From the NCBI GenBank assembly GCA_001929475.1, contig LXFE01004245.1, positions 1 to 51,270 on the forward strand: a DNA stretch of 51,270 bases, given 5' to 3'. This document shows, piece after piece, positions 36,594-48,797 of this stretch. The notes below the pieces were generated by a model. The model had not been told where the DNA came from. It did not search any database and worked only from the letters and a program-made list of their open reading frames with translations. Made by a program: the position numbers and the translations under genes. Source of the DNA: Neolecta irregularis DAH-3. Lineage: Eukaryota. The first letter of the stretch is position 1. Every line of letters starts with the position of its first letter.

Positions 36594-36814
36594 TATTGCG
36601 TAATAAAGGGACTCTTTAAAAGTTTATACTCGTAATGTTATGTGAATCCACGAGATTTTTCATAGAAAAATCATTATAGGAGCAAATGTATCATCGAATT
36701 AACCAAAGTTAGAAGAGGAAAAACACATAAACGATCGCTAATTTCTCGTAAAAAGAGAATACTGCGATCACAAAACCCTCAAACTCCACTTGACCCCAAA
36801 AGCATTGGCTTACA

Positions 36815-38223
36815 CTAACGCTTGTTGTAACTACGATTGCTGCCTGCCAATTGCTCCAATTCGGCCTCAAGTTGTTTGATACTAGCTAGATTAGAATTCG
36901 CAATAAAATTAAGAGATCATACGATTGATGAGTTTGTTCAAGATCCTTGTTGAGTCGATCTCTTTCAGAAATGAGCTGTTGCTCCCAAGTTCTAGAATCT
37001 TAATCGTACTCAAAAGCCCAGATAAACCTAAATCTCGTCTCTTCAACTTTGACTTGGTCAGTGAATCGTCTTCGGAGAGCTTCCTCGTCGTCTTTGAACT
37101 TGGGATTATCCAATCTTCTAGGTTTCGCTTCTCCGAATTTCCTGGTTTCCATTTGATTAGATCGATAGGATTCGTAATGGACGTCTTCGGTAGTTTGAAT
37201 AAGATCAAGCATATGAGTCCGAATCAACAGACTCCGCAATTTCTTGAAATCGCAATGTTCTTCATTCTCGACTTCGGCTACACCCCAAAGATATTGTCTG
37301 CCTTTAACGATTCGCCCGTCAGGAGCTTGAACATCTTGGTCGCTGCCGATGATAGCAAAGGGTAGAGCGGCCTATCCGATCAGAGGAGTTCAAGAGTATA
37401 ATGTACAGTCAGAGCTCGGGCATGATCAGCTGCTGCTGCGTCATCTTCTTCAACAGGAGGAACAAATATTTTGATTCCTTGAGCTTCGATGACATCTCGT
37501 ACCTACTGTTAATTACTTTTTGACCAAATAACATGCTCGTTGTTTGAACTTTAGCAAATCTGCTGGTGAAAGTGTATCAGCCTTTGCGATGACTGGGATC
37601 AAATTAACTCTGGAGCCGAGTCTAGTCATAATTTCAATGTCGAGGGTTTTAATGCTTTGACCAGACGGCCTGATAAAGTACAGGCATGCGTGGACCCTCA
37701 AATCAATCTTGTCCTTTCGTCGGGGCTGCTGTTCTTGTCTCATATAAGACTCATGCTGATCATCAAGGAATTCGATGATTGGTTGCCAGGAATCTTTGTT
37801 GTTGACGTAGTCACCAAATCCAGGGGTATCAATGACTGTGAGAGCGACTTTAAAGAACCTAGAGTTTAGCCATTTATCACACTCTCTTACTTACTTTTCC
37901 TCCAGTTCCGCTTTGGTAATTTCGATCTCGACAGTTTTATCAAGCTGCTTTTGGAAGCGTTTGCGATGGTTTTGATAGCCCTTGATCGTGGTCGAGAAAA
38001 GCGTATTGCAAAAAGTGGTCTTGCCTATTCTGGATCAGTGATCTCCCCAATAGATAATGCTTACCAAGGCCAGATTCGCCAGCCAGCATGATTGTGAATG
38101 ATGCACCACGTTTGGCGACAATTTTATGCCTGGGTTGAATTAAATCGGAGATTATTCATCAACATACAGCTGGTTTGGAAGATTGGCAATGCCAATAGGG
38201 TATGATTCGATTGAAGGAGCCAT
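36815..38223 (-). CDS. CDC12: Septin Cdc12/Spn4/AspC type
   Basis: [64 protein letters not shown]-terminal coiled coil; includes a GC-AG intron at 37503-37536. Confidence 0.93.
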
Positions 38224-38362
38224 CTGGATAATTGAGCGAAAGAACCGAGGAGCAAAGTGAGACGGTCAGGAGAGCGAAAAGGAGAGGATCGCTTTTGGAA
38301 AGATGGCACGTGCCTAAAAAAACTTTTATTTAGGATTCAGCTATCCACAATAACATCGCCTT

Positions 38363-41228
38363 ATGAAGTCTGATTTCAAGGTTTGAGATCTGGTCGTAGT
38401 CGGTACTGAGCAACATGTAGTTCAGCAATCTTCTTGGGTCCGTTTATACTCAAGGGAACTTGGTGTTCACGCCAGACGGAACAACTTTGCTAAGCCCGGT
38501 GGGCAATCGTATCTCTTCGTTCGACCTCGTCAAGTAGACTACCAGGCCTTGCAAGAGTCACTGACTCCATAGCAATACCTCATTTACCTTCTCGTTCGAA
38601 AACAGGAGAAATGTAGAGAGGATAGCTCTTTCTCCACAAGCAACATTGCTGCTCTCGGTCGATGAAAGTGAAATCTTGTGACACACTACTTGATGTTGAT
38701 GAACAGACGGGAGGGCACTATTAGTGAATTATGTGCGGCGGGTGGTTCTGCATCACTTCAATTTCAAGGAAAAAGTACAAGATATTCAGTTCGCCCCGGA
38801 CGCAAGGTGGCCATGTTTCTCAGGATCAGAACCTGACAGCACAGACATTTTGCAGTTGCACTAGGAAGGCATGTCCAGGTATGGAAGACGCCCTCGTTCT
38901 CAGAAGATCGTGAATTCGCTCCTTTCGTCAAACATAGGCAGTATACAGGTTGTCATGCCGATGTCACTTCTATTACATGGAGTACCGATTCACGGTATCA
39001 AACCCTATTTAACCGCCTCCTAACGATGAAGTTTCTTCATCGCATCATCCAAGGATCTTACAGCACGGATTTTCTCGCTTGATCCAACGCCCAACTTCAC
39101 TCCGACTACTCTCTCCGGCCATCATGATGCGATTATCTGCGCATTCTTCAGCAAGGATCAAGAATGTATCTACACAGTTAGCCGAGATGGCGCGCTGTTT
39201 CGTTGGAACTACAAAAGTCCTCGAAAAAGAGACGCCAACAATGACCAAGAAGAATTAGATCCGTCGACTCAGAAATGGATGATCACTGGTAAACATTATT
39301 TTCAACAAACCGGCGCCAAAGTCCGTTGTGCAGCCTTTCATCTAGCTTCGAATGTACTTGTAGTCGGCTTCTCGACTGGCCTGTTTGGATTATACGAACT
39401 TCCCAGCTTTACCGTTATTCACACATTAAGTATCTCTCAAAACGATATTGATAATGTCGTAATCAATAAAACTGGAGAATGGCTGGCTTTTGGTTCGTCC
39501 AAACTAGGCCAGCTACTCGTATGGGAATGGCAGTCTGAATCTTACATTTTAAAACAACAAGGTCATTTCGATGCAATGAATGCATTGGCGTATTCCAACG
39601 ACGGTCAAAGAATCGTTACTGCATCAGATGACGGAAAGCTTAAATTATGGGATACACGCTCGGGCTTTTGCATTGTTACTTTCACTGAACACACAGCTGG
39701 CATCGAAGCTGTTGAATTCGCTAAGCGAGGGACTATCATGTTTTCGGCTTCATTGGATGGTTCCCTTCGTGCGTGGGATCTCATTCGATATCGAAATTTT
39801 CGAACTTTTACCGCCACTAGCCGCCTTCAATTTTCATGTCTAGCTGTTGATCCAAGTGGAGAAGTCGTCTGCGCCGGTTCAATTGATTCCTTTGATATTC
39901 ATATCTGGTCAGTCCAGACTGGTCAGTTATTGGATCGCTTAGCAGGCCATGAGGGCCCGGTTTCTTCTCTATCATTTTCACAAGCAGGTGGGATGTTAGT
40001 TAGTGGTAGTTGGGACCGAAGTATTCGAGTTTGGGATGTCTTTGGAAGAAGTATGTCTGTTGAACCGCTACATCAGCAATCGGATGTTCTTGCGATCGCA
40101 GTTCGGCCTGACGGAAAGATCATTGCCGTTGCTACTCTTGACGGTCAGCTCAGTTTTTGGGATATCAACAATGGTGTGCAGGTTGGTTTGATTGATGGTC
40201 GCAAGGATATTTCTGGAGGGAGGAAGCTTGGGGACAAGATCACGTCATATACATCAGCTGGAAGCAAGGCATTTCGAAGTCTCTGTTACACCGCCGATGG
40301 GTCTTGCATTATTGCCGGCGGAAATAGCAAGTATGTTTGCATATACGATGTCGAGTCTTCCTGTCTTGTCAAAAAATTCACCATTTCGACAAATCTATCT
40401 TTAGACGGAACTCAGGAAAAACTGAATAGTAAAAACTTGACGGAAGCGGGACCACTCGAGCTAATCGATCAGACGGGAGATGCTTCCGACCTTGAAGATA
40501 GGATAGACAATACTCTTCCCGGGGCAACCCGTGGAGATTTATCACGACGACGCGTGCGACCAGAAATTCGAGCCAGCGCGGTTCGATTTTCTCCAACTGG
40601 CAGGTCATTTGCTGTAGCTTCAACAGAAGGTCTTCTGATATACTCTCTAGACGATCATTTAATTTTCGATCCATTTGACTTGGAGATCGATATCACACCA
40701 TCTACAACGCTCTCAATTGTCAAGGAAAAAGAGTATCTGAAGGCGCTAGTGATGTCATTCAGATTGAACGAACCCTATATAATCCACCAAGTCTATGAAT
40801 CCATTCCCCCTCAAGACATCCAACTCGTGGCTAAAGAGTTGCCCGAAGTATACCTGCGCAGGCTGCTACAGTTCATTTCAAAACATGTTGAAGAATCTCC
40901 TCATGTGGAATTTCATTTGCTCTGGATCGAGGCTTTGTTGACTCACCATGGGAGGGTGCTGAAAGAGAAGAGCATTAATTATGGGAGTGAGTTGAGAAAT
41001 ATCCAGAAATGTGTCGGGAGAATACAAAATGAATTGGCTAGATTGTGAGCTTCTTGTTGAGTAGTGCTGATGGGTAGATCTGACTCAAATTCATATGCGC
41101 TCTCTTATATCCTCGAACATCAAAAGGTGGTGTTGATGGAGAAGAATGTTGATTCGATGGAAATAGATAATGATGAGTCGTCTATGACGATCGAAGAAGA
41201 TGAAGGCGAATGGCAAGGTTTTGCGTGA
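38363..41228 (+). CDS. PWP2: SSU processome WD40 protein Pwp2/Utp1
   Basis: MKSDFKFSNLLG, LGQLLVWEWQSESYILKQQGH, RAWDLIRYRNFRTF, FDPFDLEIDITP; several introns. Confidence 0.97.
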
Positions 41229-41324
41229 ACTATTTCGAATATTCTCGGGACCGGTGTATAATGGATAAATTTCACAAATTTATTATTTCCTGCTTTAACC
41301 CCAAAATTATTTTATCCAAGGACC

Positions 41325-43006
41325 TTATAAATACTTATACGGATTCAAAATTCCATTGGGGTCGTAATGAACCCTTATGTCCTTCATTAGCTTGATCATG
41401 TTCTGATTTTTTGAGTAATGAACGAAGGGTCGTTTAGCAAGCCCAATACCATGTTCTGCAGATATTGAACCGTTATGTAGTCCAATCCATTCAAAGATCC
41501 AAGGCTCGAGTAGACTTGCGACTTCTTTCGAATAGTGCCTGACTGGGATGTTGATATGTAGGTTTCCTGGCTATCAGAAACGTAGATCGATCTCATGAGA
41601 TTACCATCCCCAATGTGTCCGTAACCCATTACATCAACAACCGTTTTATTTTCACCAACTACTCCTGCATCGACAAGTCTGTTCTTTAATTCAGTGACCA
41701 GATCGTAGAGACAGTCTAAAGGGAGGGAAACATCATATTTGTACACTCCACCTGATTTACTGCAGGCTTCAGGAATGAATTCTCTTAATTTCCACAGTGA
41801 CTTCAGTTGGCTCTCATCTTGGGCGAGAACGCCATCAGAAACGATCTGCAAGGACATAACGTTTTCCAAAAATGCTTCTAGTTTCTCGCTATCGTGAGTT
41901 TCGTTAGACCCTTGAGTTTCAATCAAGACGTAAAAAGGGTGATCTTGTTCGAGGACTTGTCTTGTGCCTGAGTGATGACATGAAAGCTTCTGAGCGGCGG
42001 AGTCCATGAATTCAAAGGCTACAAATTAGCAGGATCTGTACTGAAATTACCTGAGAGAATTTCAGAAAGGTGTTCTTTGGCTGAAATAAATGCTTTTCTC
42101 ACATGGGAATAAGAGGGAAGACCGAAAAATGCGACGTTTGTTGCTTTTGGCTTGCGAGGACAAAGAATTGAGACTGCTGTGATCACTCCAATGGTACCTT
42201 CAGAACCAATCAGAAGTTGTTTTAGATCAAGACCTTCAAGCTCAGCTCCGTGTGTGGTATTCGGCTGTTGTACCTGTATTGTCTTTCCGTAGAATTGATA
42301 ATGCATCCATGATTGTTCCATCCGCTAGTACAGCCTCCAATCCAAGAATAGTCCCATGTAAACTTCCGTACCTCAATAATCTCAATCCACCGGCATTTGT
42401 GGCAACATTTCCACCGATATGGCACGAACCTTTCGCCCCAAGATCTAGTGGAAAGATATGGCCTCTCTCGGCGAGATAATTATCCACGACTTCCAAGATA
42501 CAACCCGCGTCACAAACCAACGTCCCGCTGACTGGGTCGAAAGATCGTATCGAGTTCATTGAAGATAGATTCAATATAATTTCATCAAAAACGGGAACAG
42601 AACCACCCACCAATCCTGTATTTCCACCCTGAGGTACGACAGCAAGTTTCCGGAAATTACAATATGACAAAATTTTACTGATTTCTGAGGTTGATTTTGG
42701 TTTGAGAACGAGTTGTGATTGCCCTCGGTATTTATTCATCCAGTCAACATTAAAAGGCGCCAAATCTTCTTCCGAAGCATTATTTTCGGGGGATATCCCA
42801 TCAATTATTGAGTTCCTTGAGAGAATTGTTCCAAAGTGTGAAACATCTTGCCCGGTTATCTGTCCTCATCAATTTCGAAGTAAGGTCAATTTTACTAGGG
42901 CGAAATTCGGATTTCTTTTGATTTCGGGGTATGATTGACTAGTCAGAGATGGCTCAAAGCCGCCAAGAGTCCTGCGAGAAGTCGAGAAAAGCCGTCGCGA
43001 TAACAT
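41325..43006 (-). CDS. DLD2: D-2-hydroxyglutarate/D-lactate dehydrogenase, mitochondrial (FAD-linked)
   Basis: Presequence [75 protein letters not shown]. Confidence 0.94.
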
Positions 43007-43102
43007 ATCTACAAATGTTTTGGTGGTTAAAATGTGGATGCGAGTGGGCTTACCCAAGTCCTCGTCACCGTTTACTTGTGCTTGTTCACTGATTAGACTA
43101 CA

Positions 43103-43962
43103 ATGGGCAGTTACGATCGAGCCTTGTCCGTATTTAGTCCCGATGGACATATTTTTCAGATCAATTATGCCTTAGAAGCCGTAAATAGGGGAACTTGCGC
43201 GGTACGTCATCTTAGAGAGTATATTTAATCGTGGCATCTAACATCATGACTAGGTAGGTGTGAGAGGAAAGGACATTGCAGTCCTAGGAGTTGAGAAGAA
43301 GACTGCTCTGAAATTGCAAGATACTCGGACAGTTCGGAAAATTGGAATGATTGATAACCATGTCTGTCTTGCATTTGCTGGTCTCAATGCAGATGCTCGA
43401 ATTCTCATTGATAAAGCCCGTGTTGAGGCACAATCGCATCGCCTTACAGTCGAAGATCCAGTAACTACAGAATATATCACCAAATATATTGCTGGTGTTA
43501 AACAAAAGTACACACAATCAGGCGGTGTTCGACCATTTGGAATCTCGACTTTAATCATTGGCTTCGATAATGATGAAGACGTACCCAGGCTATATTATAC
43601 AGAGCCTTCGGGGATTTATAGCGCTTGGAAAGCAAATGCGATCGGTCGGTCAAGCAAAACAGTCAGAGAGTTCTTGGAGAAAAATTACACCGAGGGAATG
43701 GGACGGGAAGAGGCAATTAAACTTACAGTGAAGAGCCTACTGGAGGTTGTGCAAACGGGCGCAGGAAATATCGAGATTGCCCTGATGACAAAAGGGAATC
43801 CCGTTGAGGTATCACATGTGTACATCTCTCGAAGCTGACTCGTAGATTATGGATGTTGAGCAGGTTGAAGCTGTAGTCAAAGCTATTGAGAAGGAGAAAG
43901 AAGAAGAAGCTGCCAAGAAGAAGACTCGCCCTCAGCTGGCTCCTGAAGAGGCTTTAGAGTAG
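43103..43962 (+). CDS. PRE6: 20S proteasome subunit alpha-4
   Basis: [63 protein letters not shown]; two introns. Confidence 0.97.
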
Positions 43963-44049
43963 TCAATAGCTAAAAACTTTATGCAATATGCAGGATGCAG
44001 TATATATCAGTGAATTAACGATGCATGACTCCAAATTATCTTTTCTGCT

Positions 44050-44541
44050 CTAGCCGAGAATGTCTGACATATCTCTCTCTCCAGAAAACAAGGATCTGGA
44101 GGGATCAGTCTGCATACGTTCATCCTTGAGCATTCTAGACGTTCAGCCAATCGGTTGCTGAATTCTATTACCTGTTGTCTTTTCGAATATCATGGCTTTC
44201 TACCCCGAGTACAGCTTTTGGGATCTTGGCCTGGAGGATGAAGTGGTTATCACAGTGTGGACAGTACTTCACGATGAGTTTCCCAGAGTTCAATCATTGC
44301 AGAGTACCTCATCAGCTTCATCTTCAAAAGAACTCACGTTCTTCCTAAAAGCCTTTTTGCATTTCTTGCAAATGAATGACATTTCTTCGTGCTTTAGCAG
44401 GGGATGTTGAGATGTTTCTGCGTGGCACTCGGCGCAGTCAAACCATCTGCGTCAATCAGCCATCTCGCCTAAACTTGCAGAGCACTTTTTGCAGCAGGGT
44501 GCTCTGATACTGACTTGAGCATTCAAAATGTGTTTACACAT
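44050..44541 (-). CDS. CHY-type zinc-finger protein, ~124 aa (not in ORF track)
   Basis: Three GT-AG introns (39, 41, 37 nt) give MCKHILNAQVSIRAPCCKKWFDCAECHAE..CKKCKKAFRK..EYCPHCDNHF..RMLKDER..DILG*. Confidence 0.9.
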
Positions 44542-44665
44542 TGATTCTGGTCAGCGACCAAAACAACCTTAATTTATACTGTCATTGCTTGGAACTCAAC
44601 ACCAAGAACCCCACGCGCAATAATTACGAAACCTCTCACGATCAACTGATAGTGTTCAGACCTCG

Positions 44666-47600
44666 ATGGATTCGGAAGGCGACTTGTCGGCCCATTCTGT
44701 GTCCTTGCTTAAATCGCGCTTTGAGAAATTAAGCCATGATCTAGGCTCTGACACGCAGAAAACCAGGTCGATGTCCTTACAGAATGCCTCTGGGCTTTCA
44801 AGGACAGCAGCCAACTCCTCCGATACAATTTCGAGTCATCCAAGGTTACCGGATCCCCCTCCTTTGAAGAAGAAACCATCGTTGGCCGACAAGCCAGCTC
44901 AAATCAGAAGCTTAGCAACCGGTAGGATGAGACCCGCGTCTCTGACTTCATTTCCTGGAAAGCCAAATCCTACAAACCCCCACAATAAGACTCCTCCAAT
45001 AGAACCGAAATCTCGTCCTTTTTCAATGCAACCCCTGTCGAATCCGGTGAACATTGAAACCGGGGGACCCCCAATCGCTCGAGCGATTAACGAATCACGT
45101 CCCCCATTATCGCCGCGGCCACTTCTTCAAGCCTTAGGCCATCTTGCCTCATCTCCGGAACAAAGTTTGTCTCAGCCTGATGTTCATTCTTTTTCACGGC
45201 TCCCTACTACCCCTAATGTTGAATCTAAAAATGGTTTGCAGGACACTAGCTCCAACATTAGCGATTCACCTACAACGGAACCGCTCCACAAGCCTAAAAT
45301 AGCTCCAGTGCTTCCTCCGAAAAGCCGGAGACATAATTCAGTTATTGACATCGAGCAAAAGAAGCCTCCGCTCGTTACGAATACAAAGCCTATATATCAT
45401 ATCCCGAGTCCACAAAATGATTATTTTTCGATTAATAATCGGGGAAGAGGATCTATAGACCTTTCAGAAGACCAACGCGCTGGTTCTCAGAACTTTCATT
45501 CGCCTGTCCTGCGTAACAGGAACAAACCCATCTCGACTAATACTGGTTCTGTAATTTCACCATCTTCACGACCCAACCTACCGCCTCGGCCAGATAATGC
45601 TAGCGGGACACTGTTTCCTATTTCAGGTGGCGAGGGAACTTTGGGAGCTATATCTTTTGTTCCTCGAGAACCACTTTACGATTCTCCTCGAGGGTCAATA
45701 CCACCAGCAGCTTCTTTTCCTCCACCGCCTCAACGAAGCCGGAGATCCTCAGATTCGCTCGCCATGCGTCCAATAGCCGAACGAACCCGCCGTGTAGAAG
45801 GTAGAAACATCTCTGCATCTTCGAATTGCTCAAGTCGGGCTCCTACTCCATTATCAGATCGTACCATACCAGATTCGGAAGACGAGATAGTCGAGCAAAA
45901 TATCGATACCAGCAAACTGAGCCGGTTTCCCGACGCAAGTCAAACGAACCGGAGAAAACCTGTCCTTCGAAATACCCCAACGAGTCTCAACTGTCGGGCC
46001 GACGTACGAGTATTCGCAGTGTCTGGACAATACGTATGTACTTCCCACCATATTTCCAAAGTTTGGGATATCCGCAGCGGTCAGTGTATTTGGAGTTTAC
46101 CCCATCCTGAAGTAAAAGTCACGGCTATTTGCTTTATACCTGGCTTGGATCTTCAAGATGAAGGGACGAGTATTTGGCTAGGGACTGAGAAAGGTGACAT
46201 CTGGCAAATCGACATAAATCAAACCGATATCGTGGAGAGGAGATCAACGGCCCATGTAACTGCAATCAGCCAAATCCTACGATGTGGTCGCGATGTATGG
46301 TCCCTGGACGAAAGTGGAAAGCTACAAGTATGGTCAAGTCCAAAAGGAAGTAAAATCGAACTATCCGATCAACCTAGATCATTTCGGATTACCACCCGTC
46401 ATAGTGTTGCGATGGTATGTAGTGGAGAATTGTGGGTTGCTTCGGGACGTGTGATGCATGCATATAATCCCAGCGCAGCTGACGGACGGCCTTTTTCAAT
46501 TTCAACGCGAGCGATGATAGCGCCTGGGATGACTGGAGAAGCTACCGCTGGAGCTTGTTTGCGCCGCGATCCAAATATTGTTTATGTGGGACACGAAGAT
46601 GGCAAGATTTCAGTGTACAGCCGCTCGAAAATGGAGTGTATAGATGTTATTACTATCAGTATGTACAAGATTTCTGGAATGGCTGCTGTTGGAGATCATC
46701 TTTGGGTTGCCTTTAAAACTGGGAAGATGTACGTTTATGATGTTGGGTCACAGCCGTGGAAGGTACTCAAGGACTGGAAAGCTCACGAGACATCTCTGAT
46801 CGATATTAAAGCGGATATGTCGAGTATCTGGAAAGCTGGTGTATTGCAAGTATTAACGTTGAGTTCGGACAATATAATCAAAGCGTGGGATGGGATGTTG
46901 ATGGATGACTGGCTGGGTATATCAACAACATCTCTCAGTATTAACTCTTGTAGAAACAGAAATGCAGCGACATGACCACGAATTCTGCGACTTTCGAGAT
47001 TTTAACGCGTTATTCTGTACTTGGAATGCGGGTGCCTCCAAACCCAACGATCTCAACAATTCCCACGATTCGACATTTTTTCAATCTCTATTTTCATCCA
47101 TAGATTCGTTAGACCTGATTATTTTTGGCTTCCAAGAACTTGTCGACCTGGAGAATAAAAAACTCACAGCCAGTAGGATTTACCTCTTTTTTCACACCTA
47201 ACATTTATCAGAAAGTCTCTTGAAATCCAAGAAGAAGGATGCGAATCAAATGCACGAACATATGTCTCATCAGTATCGTCTGTGGCAAGACCGGCTAGTC
47301 CAACAAGTCAAAATTTCAATGCCGGCAAACGAACCGTTTACACTCATTCACTGCTCGCATCTCGTTGGTTTGTTTTATTGTATTTTTATAAAGGCGTCAG
47401 AGCGTTCAAGAGTGCGGAATCTTTCCGCGACTACGGTTAAAACTGGTCTGGGTGGTTTACATGGGAATAAGGTTTTACTTTTTCTTTTCCTAGAGTTTGA
47501 ACACTGACGCTTTTCAGGGAGCTTTGATTTTTCGAATGATTTTAGATGACACTTCGATGTGTTTTATCAATTGCCATTTAGCAGGTATGCTCACTCTTGT

Positions 47601-48269
47601 ACTAGTTGCTGATCAACATTATTAGCGGGACAATCACATGTAACTCATCGTAATGCGGATATCGCAAATATCCTGGAAGCAGGCAATTTACCACCCGAAC
47701 CCGACGATGCTATTCGCAATGATATATTTGTAGGTGGTGGTGAAGGGACTCTAGTAATGGACTCTGAACTCGTATTTTTGAACGGCGATTTGAATTATCG
47801 GATTGACCTTCCTCGACCACGAGTAATCGACCGTATCAAAAAGCATGAAATTGAGAAATTGTTAGAAGCAGATCAACTTGTTGTGCAACAAAAGAAGAAT
47901 CCTAGTTTCAGGTTACGACAGTTTACTGAAGCCGGTCGAATAGATTTTGCCCCGACGTATAAATATGATGTTGGAACAGATCGGTATGATTCAAGTGATA
48001 AGAAACGATGTCCGGCGTGGTGTGATCGGATACTTTACAGAAGCTGGCACAAAGACCGAGTTCATCCCCTCCATTACCGTCGCCACGAAGTCTGGGTATC
48101 AGATCACCGGCCTGTGAGCGCTGCCTTTCGAATTCGCGTGAAATCCGTAGACGCAGAACGTAAAAAAGAGGTGTTTGAGCGAGTTGCTGGAGAATGGATT
48201 GGTCTTGCTCGTGGTATGCTCGAGAGATTCAAACAAGAGGCAACAGAGGAACTATTGGGAATATTATAA
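44666..48269 (+). CDS. Inositol polyphosphate 5-phosphatase with Pro-rich N-terminus and WD40-like propeller
   Basis: TWNAG, GFQE, GGLHGNKG, NCHLAAG, FLNGDLNYR, PTYKYD, PAWCDRIL, SDHRPV; four introns. Confidence 0.95.
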
Positions 48270-48797
48270 TCATCATCTCATTTTCTTTGGTTTGTTATAA
48301 AAGGTTGGGGGATTAAAAGTTGGACCATGTGTTTTCCCCTTGCGAATATATAATCAATCATAGGAACAGTAAATAATCGTGCACACGTGGCAAGCAAGGC
48401 AAGAATCAAGGACTTGATGATTTCACTTTCTTTCCTTGTTGAAAAAATCCCAAACAATAGCAAAAAAACAAAAAAAGTCGGTTTCTTTCTCTCAGAAAGA
48501 AATCGGAATGCAGAAGCAAGGCAGACGACAATGCACAATCCATCATCAATCATCACCACCAAAAAAACAAGAAGAGGAAAAAATGAAGAGAAGAAAAGAG
48601 ATGCAAACCAACAAGAAGAGAATACAAAGCCCACAATTTATGTTTTAAGTTTTATCTTGGAGAATAATAAAAGAAGCTGGAAGATGCGTATACATACATA
48701 AACCTAGTCTTTTCACCCACCGTGGATTGGCCCCGCCCCGGAAAAAACATGTAAGCAAGCGCATGCATGACGAAATTTAATCACGAGGAAACAGGTT

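Noticed and set aside
38305-38326. GGCACGTGCC palindrome and an RRPE-like A/T tract upstream of PWP2
   Set aside because: Short motifs with imperfect consensus, plausible by chance without comparative data.
48278-48701. Lys-rich and Phe-rich ORFs between the 5-phosphatase and CTK1
   Set aside because: Products of A-rich intergenic/3' UTR sequence with no domain signal.
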